DNA of 56,518 nt from Flavobacteriales bacterium (lineage in GTDB: Bacteria > Bacteroidota > Bacteroidia > Palsa-965), in assembly GCA_040377305.1 (NCBI GenBank), contig JBEIPA010000033.1, forward strand, positions 1 through 56,518, written 5' to 3'. Position 1 is the first letter of the stretch. Every line of letters begins with the position of its first letter. Position numbers and translations under genes: made by a program. Below, piece after piece: positions 9,939-19,797 of this stretch. The notes below the pieces were generated by a model. The model was not told the DNA's origin. It ran no database searches and saw only the letters and a program-made list of their open reading frames with translations.

Positions 9939-10382
9939 TTATGAACGCGTAGATTGATTCACTAACAACCAGAATAAACCGAGATCGGCAACGGCTTTTG
10001 CAAACTCGTTAAACCCAACTGGTTTCACAACGTAAGCATTAACGCCGAGCTTGTAACTTTCAACAATGTCTTTTTGTTCTCTTGACGAGGTCATTACTAC
10101 AACAGGAATGGCCTTAGTTTGTTCACTTGTTTTTATTTTTTCCAATACTTCCAGACCGCCCACTTTAGGCATGTGCAAGTCAAGTAGAATGAGCTTGGGT
10201 TTATCATCTATATTCCGGTCGGAATACTTCCCTTGTGCAAAAATGAAATCGATCGCTTCCGCACCATCGGTGAGATGAATGAGATTGTTTGCAAGATTTA
10301 TTTTTTTCAATGCACGAATGGTCAGTTCTGCATCATTCATACTGTCTTCGACAAGAAGGATTTCAATCAGGCTGTTCGGCAT
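9939..10382 (-). CDS. Single-domain response regulator (Rcp/phytochrome-associated type)
   Basis: [32 protein letters not shown]-terminal GLFWL. Confidence 0.92.
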   Translation of the reverse strand: MPNSLIEILLVEDSMNDAELTIRALKKINLANNLIHLTDGAEAIDFIFAQGKYSDRNIDDKPKLILLDLHMPKVGGLEVLEKIKTSEQTKAIPVVVMTSSREQKDIVESYKLGVNAYVVKPVGFNEFAKAVADLGLFWLLVNQSTRS

Positions 10383-10390
10383 TGCGTTGT

Positions 10391-11656
10391 TTAGTATTGG
10401 TTAGTTACGTTTAGTGGCAGTGAAAAAAAGAAAGTTGCTCCTTGATCCACTTGTCCTTCTGCCCATATTCTTCCATGGTGCTTGGAAACGATACGATGTG
10501 CAATCGCAAGTCCTACACCTGTACCTTCAAATTCGGATGAACTGTGAAGGCGTTGAAATACACTGAAGAGTTTATCATAGTACCGCATGTCAAACCCCAC
10601 ACCATTGTCCTTGATATAATAAACCTGTTGGTCGTTTTCGGTGTAGGCACCGATGGATATAGTGATCTTGTCATTCCTGGAAGAATACTTCACGGAATTG
10701 GAGAGCAGGTTAACAAGCACATGCCGGATCATGTTGCGATCTCCGTAGGCACGGGGCAGATCAGATATATCAACTGAAATACTTTTCCCGGCGTATGTTC
10801 CCTGAATTTCCGACAACACAGATTCCACGACTGGCTTCATGTCAAAAATTCCTTTAACCACACTTTGCTTACCTAATCGTGAAAATGCGAGGAGGTCATC
10901 AATTAAGAGACCCATTCGATTTGCATTGTCCATGATAACACGGGTTACACGTTTACCATCATCATCAATGTGATTCCCGTAATCCTCAATAAGTATTTGC
11001 GCATAACCATGAATTGCGCGAAGCGGTGCGCGCAGATCATGCGAGACCGAATATGAAAAAGAGTCTAGCTCTTTATTAACCTCGATGTATTGCTGTTCCT
11101 TTTCTGTCTTTTCTGCGATCTGTTGCTTCAGTTCAGCATTCATGTTTTGAATCTCCTGAGCACGGACCATTATTTCCCTGCTCATCTGGTCCAATCGCGC
11201 ACGCAATTCAATGTTCTCTTTTCGCTGCTTTTCATCTGCCTCCTGCATTAAAACAAAGGAGGTTACATCTTCCGCACGATGAATTATATAGCGGAGATTA
11301 TTCTCTGCATCAAGAACGGGCTTGTTAATCGGACTCCAGTATCTCACTTCGAAAGTGCCGTCAGGGCGGCGGATATCATATTTCTGAATGGCCATCGTAT
11401 CAGCAACATGATTTGCAATCACACGATTTAATGACGCGTGAAGATTGGATTCTCCTGTCGCATTCTCCTCATCAGGATTATCAGGGAAAACGTCAAAAAG
11501 TCCACGACCAACTATTGCATCGCGCTGCGTCATCGTTGCCGACAAATAGGCATCGCTAACTGCGGCAATAGTGAGATCCGGAAACAGAATCAAATACAAA
11601 CCGGGAACCGCCTCGAAAATTAATTCGAAGTCCGTTTTTGGAACGGGGGTTATCAT
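10391..11656 (-). CDS. PAS-domain sensor histidine kinase (BphP-like HisKA)
   Basis: PAS ([16 protein letters not shown]), [30 protein letters not shown]. Confidence 0.92.
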   Translation of the reverse strand: MITPVPKTDFELIFEAVPGLYLILFPDLTIAAVSDAYLSATMTQRDAIVGRGLFDVFPDNPDEENATGESNLHASLNRVIANHVADTMAIQKYDIRRPDGTFEVRYWSPINKPVLDAENNLRYIIHRAEDVTSFVLMQEADEKQRKENIELRARLDQMSREIMVRAQEIQNMNAELKQQIAEKTEKEQQYIEVNKELDSFSYSVSHDLRAPLRAIHGYAQILIEDYGNHIDDDGKRVTRVIMDNANRMGLLIDDLLAFSRLGKQSVVKGIFDMKPVVESVLSEIQGTYAGKSISVDISDLPRAYGDRNMIRHVLVNLLSNSVKYSSRNDKITISIGAYTENDQQVYYIKDNGVGFDMRYYDKLFSVFQRLHSSSEFEGTGVGLAIAHRIVSKHHGRIWAEGQVDQGATFFFSLPLNVTNQY

Positions 11657-12016
11657 AAATCGTAAGTAGGGTTTAGTTCAGCTATTGATAGCTAAATTAA
11701 TGGAATATTCAGGCATATACCAATGTAATTACCAGAAAATATATTATTACTGTGTAAACTGACTTGATTGTATTAATAGTTTCAAAATCTGCCAATGCAC
11801 TGTTCCGCCATCACACAACATGATTACCACCCAGTAGTTCTGGTTTGCTCAAAATGATTCCAGGAAAATATTACCTAACCATTCAAAGTGTGGGCATCAT
11901 ATTCTGTTTGGCGATCTTTCTTCGATGAGTTACCTGTTTGGAATTTTATTTCAGCTAACTGAATATGAAAATTGCTTAAGACATAATTGCCGGTCACTTA
12001 CTCTCGGGAGGAACAC

Positions 12017-12418
12017 TTACTTTTCTCCCGTGAAAACCGGGTCTCCTTCAATTTCCGAAATGTCTTTGCGGAAACGAACGATCATATTCTTTTCACTTCT
12101 CAATGGAGGCGGGAATGCTTTCGCAACTTTTTCTGCAACGTGCAGGAAACTAAGTTTCATTTGAGCACTCAGATACTGGCTGTTCAACTTCATCTGGTTG
12201 ATCGCATTGGTGTATGCTGTTTCCGCATCAACATGGTCTTTTTCCATGATGTGAAAAATGATATCGGCAACACTTAATGAATCGACATCAACTTTCAATT
12301 CTGACTCAAGAATGGAGTGAAACTTCTTCGCTTCATCATTCTGAATGCGTCCATCTGCCATCGCGATAGCGTAAGCCATCTCTCCCAAGGCATAGTAAAG
12401 GTTTTCTGTAGGTGTCAT
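12017..12418 (-). CDS. TerB-like family protein
   Basis: YAIAMADGRIQ.DE motif, 133 aa. Confidence 0.7.
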   Translation of the reverse strand: MTPTENLYYALGEMAYAIAMADGRIQNDEAKKFHSILESELKVDVDSLSVADIIFHIMEKDHVDAETAYTNAINQMKLNSQYLSAQMKLSFLHVAEKVAKAFPPPLRSEKNMIVRFRKDISEIEGDPVFTGEK

Positions 12419-12444
12419 TTCAGTGTGTTTTAGGTTTGTGAGTA

Positions 12445-12540
12445 CAAATATTGGCTAATCAGGCTGATACACATCTGATGCTGGTCAACCCGAAAACTGA
12501 TTTTGCTCATACTTCAGTTCTGGAACTACAAGTAGTTTTG
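12445..12540. promoter_or_regulatory. Bidirectional promoter: one tandem box pair with a -7 element on each side
   Basis: TGATGCTGGTCA 12476-12487, TGATTTTGCTCA 12498-12509; TAGTTTTG (+) 12533-12540 and AATATTTG (-) 12445-12452, each 23 nt away. Confidence 0.75.
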
Positions 12541-12567
12541 CTTCCCTAACAAGTCGTTATCTTCGGT

Positions 12568-13770
12568 GTGAAAACTATAATCCCGGACAACGTGGAAAGT
12601 AAAGAAGGTATTGAAGCCCTGTTCTTGTACGCAACAGAAGGTATACTTGTTGTAAATGAAAGAGGGAGTATCGTTAGTATCAATCCAAGTGCAGAACGCC
12701 TTTTTGGATATGGAAAAGGCGAACTGATAGGTCAGGGTATTGAAGTTTTGGTCCCGGGCCGTTTTGGGAAGCACAGTCAGCATCGAGAGAAATACACGGA
12801 GAACCCACACCCGCGCTCAATGGGCTTGGGAATGGAATTGTATGGATTAAAGAAAGACAAAAGTGAATTTCCAGTGGAAATAAGTTTGAGTCCTTACTCT
12901 TCTTCGGAAGGGAAGTTTACGATCGGATTCATCGTCGACATCACACATCGAAAGGCTGCTGAAGAGAAGATGAAACACTATTCTCAAGAGCTGGAGTTGC
13001 AGGTAAAGAATCGGACATTAATTCTCGAGGAAGCGATTGAGGAACTGGAAAAAACAAAAAGGAATCTCGATGAAGCCTTGGAGAAAGAACGTGAACTGAA
13101 TGAACTTAAATCACGCTTTGTTTCAATGGCGTCACATGAATTCCGCACACCGCTGGCCACTATTCAGTCTTCGCTCTCACTGGTAAAAAAGTACGGAGAG
13201 TTACAGGATGTGGAGAAGCAGGATAAACACATCGGGCGAATCAAATCTTCCATCAATAATCTTACAGACATTCTGAATGATTTTCTTTCTGTAAGTAAGC
13301 TCGAAGAAGGTAAGGTCGAGAACATGGCCGCAAGGTTTAACCTGAAGGAATTTCTTACGGAAATCACGAGCGAAATGGAACCGCTTGCCCGGGAGGGACA
13401 GAAAATTGCGTACGCACATTCCGGTGAGGAAACCGTATTCCTGGATCAGAAACTGCTGCGGCATATTATGTTCAATTTAATTTCAAATGCGATAAAATTC
13501 TCAGGCGAAAGCAAGGATATTGAAATTCAGTCGGAGGTGGCTCCCAATATTATTTTGCTTCGTGTGAAAGACCAGGGTATAGGCATTTCACAAAGCGATC
13601 AGGAACATTTGTTCGAACGATTCTTCCGTGGACTAAATGCTTCGTATATTCAAGGTACGGGACTTGGTCTTAACATCGTTGCGAAATATGTTGAACTGAT
13701 GCATGGAACCATTACCGTTGATAGCATAGAAAACCAAGGCACCACATTTACATTATCATTTCCGATCTAA
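12568..13770 (+). CDS. FixL-like PAS sensor histidine kinase
   Basis: NPSAERLFGY..ELIG..IEVLVP..H..H..MGLG.EL.G..KD..EFPVEISLS; SHEFRTPL; NLISNA; GTGLGL. Confidence 0.88.
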   Translation: MKTIIPDNVESKEGIEALFLYATEGILVVNERGSIVSINPSAERLFGYGKGELIGQGIEVLVPGRFGKHSQHREKYTENPHPRSMGLGMELYGLKKDKSEFPVEISLSPYSSSEGKFTIGFIVDITHRKAAEEKMKHYSQELELQVKNRTLILEEAIEELEKTKRNLDEALEKERELNELKSRFVSMASHEFRTPLATIQSSLSLVKKYGELQDVEKQDKHIGRIKSSINNLTDILNDFLSVSKLEEGKVENMAARFNLKEFLTEITSEMEPLAREGQKIAYAHSGEETVFLDQKLLRHIMFNLISNAIKFSGESKDIEIQSEVAPNIILLRVKDQGIGISQSDQEHLFERFFRGLNASYIQGTGLGLNIVAKYVELMHGTITVDSIENQGTTFTLSFPI

Positions 13771-13841
13771 TCCATCATGTTATCGTACCTGAGAGTAAGT
13801 TCAGTGCGGTTCGCGAATTCAACTTCTGAAAATAGTAGCAA

Positions 13842-14903
13842 ATGGCTAAAAAGATTCTTTTGATCGAAGACAACAACGATATGCGGGAGAACACCGCAGA
13901 AATTCTTCAATTGTCGGGTTATGAGGTTGTCACCGCGCAGAATGGAAAAGTGGGAGTTGAACTTGCAACCGCAAACAGACCAGACCTGATCATTTGCGAC
14001 ATCATGATGCCGATACTTGACGGTTATGGAGTTCTCCACATGTTGTCCCGGAATAATGAAACGGCTGGAATTCCTTTCATATTTCTCACGGCTAAGGCAG
14101 AGCGAAGTGACTTCAGAAAAGGGATGGAAATGGGTGCTGACGATTACGTCACAAAACCCTTCGATGATATAGAACTGTTGAATGCGATTGAGCGTCGTTT
14201 GAAAAAAGCTGAGCTCATGCGTCAGGAATTTTCACGCGACATGGCTGGTCTGGATGAATTTCTCAGCAGTGCAAAAAGCCTGGACGATCTGAAGTCGCTC
14301 AACAGTAACCGGAATGTTCGCGCTTACAAGAAAAAGGAAACGATTTACGCGGAAGGCAACTATCCGAACGCAGTATATTTTCTCGTGAAAGGAAAAGTGA
14401 AAATCTTTAAGATTCACGAAGGAGGGAAAGAACTGATTACTAGTTTACACAAGGAGGGTGACTTCTTCGGGTATGCAGCCCTATTGGAAGAAAGTCAATA
14501 TATGGAGTCAGCAACCGCATTAGAAGACGCTGAAATCTGTGCCATTCCAAAGGAAGATTTCTTTGATCTCGTATATAAAAATGCAGAAGTTTCCCGCCGT
14601 TTCATCAAAATGTTGTCTGACGATCTTCGCGAAAAAGAAGAACAGCTCATTCACCTCGCTTATAACTCCGTGCGTAAACGGGTGGCTGAAGCGCTGGTAA
14701 AACTGACAGATCGTTATAAGCAGGGAGATGGAGGGAAGTTCAGCATGAGCATTTCACGTGAGGATCTTGCCAATCTTGCAGGTACCGCAACTGAAACAAC
14801 GATCAGGACGCTAAGCGACTTCAAGGAAGAAGGATTGGTTGATGTAAAAGGAGGGACAATTACCGTGCTTGATTACGGTAAGCTCTCAAACATGCGCAAT
14901 TAA
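13842..14903 (+). CDS. Response regulator with Crp/Fnr effector domain and HTH (REC-cNMP-HTH_Crp)
   Basis: REC (IEDN, ICDIMMP, FLTA, TKP), GDFFG beta-roll, SREDLANLAGTATETTIRTLSDF. Confidence 0.92.
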   Translation: MAKKILLIEDNNDMRENTAEILQLSGYEVVTAQNGKVGVELATANRPDLIICDIMMPILDGYGVLHMLSRNNETAGIPFIFLTAKAERSDFRKGMEMGADDYVTKPFDDIELLNAIERRLKKAELMRQEFSRDMAGLDEFLSSAKSLDDLKSLNSNRNVRAYKKKETIYAEGNYPNAVYFLVKGKVKIFKIHEGGKELITSLHKEGDFFGYAALLEESQYMESATALEDAEICAIPKEDFFDLVYKNAEVSRRFIKMLSDDLREKEEQLIHLAYNSVRKRVAEALVKLTDRYKQGDGGKFSMSISREDLANLAGTATETTIRTLSDFKEEGLVDVKGGTITVLDYGKLSNMRN

Positions 14904-14914
14904 GCCCCAAAATC

Positions 14915-14979
14915 TGACTTCTATCATATTTAGCGTTGACGGTAATCATTACCGTACCTCTATGAGCCTTCTACTTTTG
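14915..14979 (+). promoter_or_regulatory. Tandem Crp/Fnr-type boxes and -7 element of the doxX-usp-ccoI operon
   Basis: TGACTTCTATCA 14915-14926, TGACGGTAATCA 14937-14948; TACTTTTG 14972-14979, 23-nt spacer. Confidence 0.8.
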
Positions 14980-14998
14980 TTCGATAGAACAGAAGATC

Positions 14999-15448
14999 AT
15001 GCAGTCGGAAATTTTCAACAGTGAAGTTATTGCAGTATTGATAGCACGGGTTTTCCTGGGGCTTCTGTTTTTTATTCAGGGATTCGATGCGGTTTTCGGA
15101 ATCCGCATGAAGAATGTGATTGAAACAGCAGCGCCACCACTACTCGGTAAAGGTGTTCCGAAATTATTTGTTGTTCTTGGTTCTTACTACACCGCTTATG
15201 CTCAACTTATAGCCGGAGCGTTTCTGGTACTTGGTCTTTTCAAGTACATCGCACTTTACTTGCTCGGTATTGATTTGATTCTTGCCGGCGTTGTCTTCGG
15301 AATTATTACACCGGTTTGGGATATGCGTCATGTGTTCCCACGCCTCGCTCTCCTCATTTTCCTTCTTCTTACTCCTGCAGAATGGGATGTTCTCTCTGCA
15401 GATTATTTCTTCAGTCCGGTAGATTATATCGGTCTGTTCAAACACTAA
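14999..15448 (+). CDS. DoxX family membrane protein
   Basis: RVFLGLLFF.QG.D, ..IAG..L.LGL, VFPRL, LS.D pattern. Confidence 0.75.
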   Translation: MQSEIFNSEVIAVLIARVFLGLLFFIQGFDAVFGIRMKNVIETAAPPLLGKGVPKLFVVLGSYYTAYAQLIAGAFLVLGLFKYIALYLLGIDLILAGVVFGIITPVWDMRHVFPRLALLIFLLLTPAEWDVLSADYFFSPVDYIGLFKH

Positions 15449-15458
15449 CATACAACGA

Positions 15459-16283
15459 ATGAAAACAATACTGGTCCCAACAGATTTTTCCGGGTGCGCG
15501 AATAATGCCATGGAATATGCAATTGAGCTGGCTGCAATGAGCAAAGCAAAAATTGTCATCCTGAATGTTTATCACATGCCACTTCCGGCCGGAGAAATGC
15601 CATTGGCTTTGGTGTCGCCGCAGGAAATTATTGGCCACAGTACAGAACGAATCAAGGAACTGGAAAGTGCAATCAACATCATGGCTTATGGTCGGTTCAA
15701 AGTAGAGTCTTTGCTGCGTCAGGGATTTGCTGCGGAGGAAATTGTAGTCGCTGCTGAAGAAGTTAACGCCGACATCATTGTGATGGGCATACAAGGAACT
15801 ACTTCGTCAGCCGCTATCCTGATGGGCAGTGTGGCAACGACTGTAATCAGCAAAGTGAAAACACCGGTACTCACAATTCCGGGAAAAGTACGATACAGTC
15901 CGGTCAAGAATATTGCATTTGCATTGGATTACAAAAACGAACCGGGCGACAACGCAATAGAGCAACTCAAGGCTGTTGCTGACTTTTTCAATGCCGGACT
16001 TCAGGTAATTAACATTGTGGGACCAGACGAAGTTCCTGATCTGGAAATGGCAAGCGTTGGAGTTAGAATGGAGGATAAACTTGAAGCAACAAAGCACAAT
16101 TTATTTTTTCCGGTGGGAACAGACGTTGTACAGGAATTAAAGAAAGTGGTTCAGGCTGAGCACTCCGACTGGCTGGTTCTGATTCCGCACGAGCACAATT
16201 TTTTTGGCAGATTATTTCATAAAAGTGTAACCAAGCATTCAGCATTTCAGATAGAAATCCCTCTCTTAACTATCCACGATTAA
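15459..16283 (+). CDS. Universal stress protein (tandem USP domains)
   Basis: MKTILVPTDFS, DIIVMG..G, GSVA..V....PVL. Confidence 0.92.
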   Translation: MKTILVPTDFSGCANNAMEYAIELAAMSKAKIVILNVYHMPLPAGEMPLALVSPQEIIGHSTERIKELESAINIMAYGRFKVESLLRQGFAAEEIVVAAEEVNADIIVMGIQGTTSSAAILMGSVATTVISKVKTPVLTIPGKVRYSPVKNIAFALDYKNEPGDNAIEQLKAVADFFNAGLQVINIVGPDEVPDLEMASVGVRMEDKLEATKHNLFFPVGTDVVQELKKVVQAEHSDWLVLIPHEHNFFGRLFHKSVTKHSAFQIEIPLLTIHD

Positions 16284-16294
16284 TTATTAGCGCA

Positions 16295-16666
16295 ATGAAA
16301 ATTGAGATTAGCGATCACCGGAAAATTTATGGCATTCAGGAAGAATTTAATAAAATGTTTCCGTGGTTGAAATTGGAGTTTTTCTCCAAACCGCACAAAG
16401 TGGGTGGCCCCTCACCGAAAACCCAGTTGGTGGCTCCATCAAAAACGTTGGGAGAGTGCAGAACGGTGCACGATAGTGGCACTATTACGATTACGCCAAT
16501 GATGACTGTGGCAGAACTGGAGCAATCATTCAGAGATGTTTATGGCCTGTCGGTTCAGGTGTTTCGCAAGTCGGGTAGGTCCTGGCTTGAAACAACAATT
16601 ACTGATGCCTGGTCATTGGAAAAACAGAATGAGCAAGGGAAGAGTTTATCACATATTTCGGAGTAG
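16295..16666 (+). CDS. Conserved-looking hypothetical protein
   Basis: Operonic ORF, IQEEF..FP.LKLEFF and GL.VQVFRKSG..WLETT.TD.W.L..QN pattern. Confidence 0.75.
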   Translation: MKIEISDHRKIYGIQEEFNKMFPWLKLEFFSKPHKVGGPSPKTQLVAPSKTLGECRTVHDSGTITITPMMTVAELEQSFRDVYGLSVQVFRKSGRSWLETTITDAWSLEKQNEQGKSLSHISE

Positions 16667-16680
16667 TAAGAGAGAAAACC

Positions 16681-17079
16681 ATGAACACGATTGAGCTGAA
16701 ATTAACCATTGTGCACCTTCGTGATGATGGAATATTGCATGTACACATTAAAGAACGTTCCCACATCACAATGGATGAGGCATTGGAGACGTTTAAGGCA
16801 ATGCGGGTAATCGGTAACGGACGCAAGTATCCTGTCTTAATAGACGCGGGCGACTACGCCCAAATCGATCCGGAAGTACGTGTGTTTTCTGCAAGTGATG
16901 AAGGAAATCTGTACACGGTTGCTGATGCGATAGCCTATCACACACTTCCGCAGAAACTCACCGCGAATTTCTACGTGGCATTCAATAAACCAGTGGTGCC
17001 TACGCGAACGTTCTCTGATATAGCAGAAGCGATAGATTGGTTGAAGTCGTTCGTGAAATCCAAGCAAAGTGTAAAGTGA
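16681..17079 (+). CDS. Hypothetical STAS/SpoIIAA-like small protein
   Basis: PVLID, ANFY....KP..PTR.F....EAIDWL pattern. Confidence 0.65.
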   Translation: MNTIELKLTIVHLRDDGILHVHIKERSHITMDEALETFKAMRVIGNGRKYPVLIDAGDYAQIDPEVRVFSASDEGNLYTVADAIAYHTLPQKLTANFYVAFNKPVVPTRTFSDIAEAIDWLKSFVKSKQSVK

Positions 17080-17098
17080 AACTGGTGAACGGCACCAT

Positions 17099-19519
17099 AT
17101 GAAACAGCGGTCAACAGTACAGCAGCGAGGAGCCCATGCTACGGTGTGTTATCACTGCGGAGATCCATGCACGGCAAAAACAATTCGTGTAGATGATCAC
17201 GTGTTTTGCTGTGAAGGCTGTAAGCTCGTGTATGAAATGCTGGCCGAGAATGACATGTGCAGTTATTATGCAATCAGTGATTCTCCGGGCACACGACTGG
17301 ATGACGAAAAGAATCAATCCACTCAATACCCGGTACTGGATGTAAAAGAAGTACGGGACAAGTTTATTCAATTTGAAGATGCTCAGCTCGCACGTGTAAC
17401 ATTTCACATTCCTACCATGCACTGTAGTTCCTGCATCTGGTTGCTGGAACATCTTCCGCGTTTGAATCCTGCAGTGATTTCTTCGGTTGTTAATTTTCCA
17501 ATGAAGGAAGTTACTGTCGGTTTCCGTCCGGCTGATGTCCGGCTCAGTGAACTGGCAACCTTGTTATCGCGGATCGGTTATGCACCGGCAATAACCATGG
17601 ATGGATCTGCAGTTCGTAGCAACAAGGGAAAATTTAATCCACGTGCACTGAAAATCGGTATTGCCGGATTTTGTTTCGGGAATATCATGTTGCTCAGCTT
17701 TCCGGAATATCTTGGAGCGGGTGATCTCGCAGAACTTCCCAAACTAAAAATATATTTTGCCTGGTTAAGTCTGGCGTTGAGCATTCCGGTTTTGCTTTAC
17801 TGCGCTTCGGAGTTTTTCGTTTCTGCCTATAAAGCAATCAGAATACGAACACTCAATATCGACGCGCCGATTGCCTTAGCCGTGGCTGTAACTTTCGGTC
17901 GCAGTGTTTATGAAATTGTCGCTGGAGGAGGCACCAGCTATCTCGATTCCATGAGTGGAATTGTATTCTTCATGCTCATCGCCCGATACTTTCAGGATCG
18001 CGTGTATGAAAACATCACGTTTGATCGCGATTACAAATCGTATTTTCCCATTGCAGTTACGGTATTGCGTAACGGAACCGAAGTCAATGTTCCGGTTACT
18101 CAACTGGTTACCGGCGATCACATCGTAATCCGGAATAATGAACTCATTCCGGCGGACGCTGTGTTGCTGAGCAGCCGCGCTTACATCGACTACAGTTTTG
18201 TAACTGGTGAAGCCCAACCTGTACGCCGGGTGAAAGGTGACAAAATATTTGCTGGCGCACGCCAAACAGAAGGAGCCTGCGAGCTGGAAGTGCTCAACAG
18301 TACTTCTCAGAGTTATCTCACACAGCTCTGGAATAACGATGCATTCACGAAGCGAAATAAAGAAGAGCGCGTAACCTACATTGATCACATCAATAAGTGG
18401 TTTACTGCAGCCGTTTTATCTGTTGCAACGATCAGCGGAATCGTTTGGTCATTCTTTAGTCTGCCAACTGCAATTGATGTTTTCACTGCGGTATTGATTG
18501 TGGCATGTCCGTGCACGTTGCTCATTGCTTCATCATTTACCAATGGAAGCGTGATGCGCTGGTTGGGCAGAAACAGATTCTACCTCAAAAATGCGGACGT
18601 GATTGACCGTCTGGCGAGTGCTGATACAATCGTATTTGACAAAACCGGAACAATTACTCATCCTGATCATGCGAACATGAAATTCGTAGGTGAGCCATTG
18701 ACGCCGCATGAAATCGAATGTGTGGTGAACCTTGCAGGACAATCAGCACATCCCTTGAGCAGAAGAATTGTTGCTTCTCTTCCCGCGCGAAAAGAAAGTT
18801 GCACGATTAGTAATGTGAATGAATTCAACGGCAAAGGAATTACCGGATTTATTAATGGTCATGAATATACACTGGGTTCGTCGTCGTTTGCGGGAGCTGT
18901 GCCTGCAAAGGAAGAAGGAACAGAGGTGTGGCTGGCGGTTGATTCGAAAGTGAGAGGAAAATTTACTTTCCCAAACAGATACCGGGAAGGTTTTGACTTA
19001 CTGTCGAAAAAACTTCAGAAAGATTTTCACCTGGAGTTGCTCTCGGGAGACAATGATGGAGAGCGGGAGCATCTTCAACCGCTGTTTGGTGGTAATATGT
19101 TTTTCCGGATGTCTCCACAGGATAAACTGAATCGCATTCAGGAACTCCAGCGCAGTGGAAAGAAAGTAATTATGATAGGTGACGGATTGAATGATTCAGG
19201 TGCGTTGATGCAGGCCGAAGCAGGTATCGCCATTTCCGACAATGTGAATAATTACTTCCCCGCATGCGATGCAATTCTGGATGGCTCTATGATGAACCGT
19301 CTCAGCGATTTGTTGTCGTTTGCACGCGTTGCACGCAGAGTGTTGGTTGCAACTTTTACCATTTCGGTGCTTTACAATTGTGCAGGTATTTACTTCTCTG
19401 TAATGGGTGAACTTTCTCCGTTCGTAGCGGCAGTACTGATGCCCGCAAGTACGTTCACCGTTATTACAATGACAACACTGCTTGTTCGCATAGCTGCCTT
19501 CCGCAAGCTGACCACATAG
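17099..19519 (+). CDS. ccoI: Copper-translocating P1B-type ATPase for cbb3 assembly (CcoI/FixI)
   Basis: CYHC and CCEGC, HMA CSSC, TGE, CPC, DKTGT, GDGLND; upstream of ccoS. Confidence 0.92.
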   Translation: MKQRSTVQQRGAHATVCYHCGDPCTAKTIRVDDHVFCCEGCKLVYEMLAENDMCSYYAISDSPGTRLDDEKNQSTQYPVLDVKEVRDKFIQFEDAQLARVTFHIPTMHCSSCIWLLEHLPRLNPAVISSVVNFPMKEVTVGFRPADVRLSELATLLSRIGYAPAITMDGSAVRSNKGKFNPRALKIGIAGFCFGNIMLLSFPEYLGAGDLAELPKLKIYFAWLSLALSIPVLLYCASEFFVSAYKAIRIRTLNIDAPIALAVAVTFGRSVYEIVAGGGTSYLDSMSGIVFFMLIARYFQDRVYENITFDRDYKSYFPIAVTVLRNGTEVNVPVTQLVTGDHIVIRNNELIPADAVLLSSRAYIDYSFVTGEAQPVRRVKGDKIFAGARQTEGACELEVLNSTSQSYLTQLWNNDAFTKRNKEERVTYIDHINKWFTAAVLSVATISGIVWSFFSLPTAIDVFTAVLIVACPCTLLIASSFTNGSVMRWLGRNRFYLKNADVIDRLASADTIVFDKTGTITHPDHANMKFVGEPLTPHEIECVVNLAGQSAHPLSRRIVASLPARKESCTISNVNEFNGKGITGFINGHEYTLGSSSFAGAVPAKEEGTEVWLAVDSKVRGKFTFPNRYREGFDLLSKKLQKDFHLELLSGDNDGEREHLQPLFGGNMFFRMSPQDKLNRIQELQRSGKKVIMIGDGLNDSGALMQAEAGIAISDNVNNYFPACDAILDGSMMNRLSDLLSFARVARRVLVATFTISVLYNCAGIYFSVMGELSPFVAAVLMPASTFTVITMTTLLVRIAAFRKLTT

Positions 19520-19546
19520 AAACATAGAAGCAAAATCCCTGTTTAC

Positions 19547-19743
19547 TACGCTCTCTTTTCACCACAAAGATCACGAAGACACAAAGAAAAAAATGACTTG
19601 TGAATTTGTGTGGTTAGTGGTCAGTATTTTCAGACGATGTGATCAGTACGCTCTTTTTTCACCACAAAGATCACGAAGACACAAAGAAAAATGCCTTTGT
19701 GCCTTTGTGTGCTTAGTGGTCAATATGTTCTGAAGTTGATCAA
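19547..19743. repeat. Two tandem ~100-bp REP-like units, each with an imperfect palindrome
   Basis: Copies start at 19547 and 19647; shared core CACCACAAAGATCACGAAGACACAAAGAAAA...TTTGTGTG.TTAGTGGTCA. Confidence 0.9.
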
Positions 19744-19797
19744 TTGGTGTAATTGGTAAAAATATTTGCAGGACCATGTTGCCGCGAAGTTAATTCC

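Noticed and set aside
8771-11656. Phytochrome or light-sensing system
   Set aside because: Kinase and regulator are of the BphP/Rcp type, but there is no GAF-PHY photosensory module; a common three-gene signalling cassette with no tandem box seen upstream.
11657-12016. Small ORFs or sRNA in the 360-bp gap
   Set aside because: Only 20-24-codon ORFs with no recognisable motif and no convincing structure.
13842-14903. True FNR (4Fe-4S oxygen sensor)
   Set aside because: Only two scattered Cys and no FNR Cys cluster; it has an N-terminal receiver domain instead.
19547-19743. CRISPR array
   Set aside because: Only two units, similar along their whole length (no unique spacers), and no cas genes in the window.
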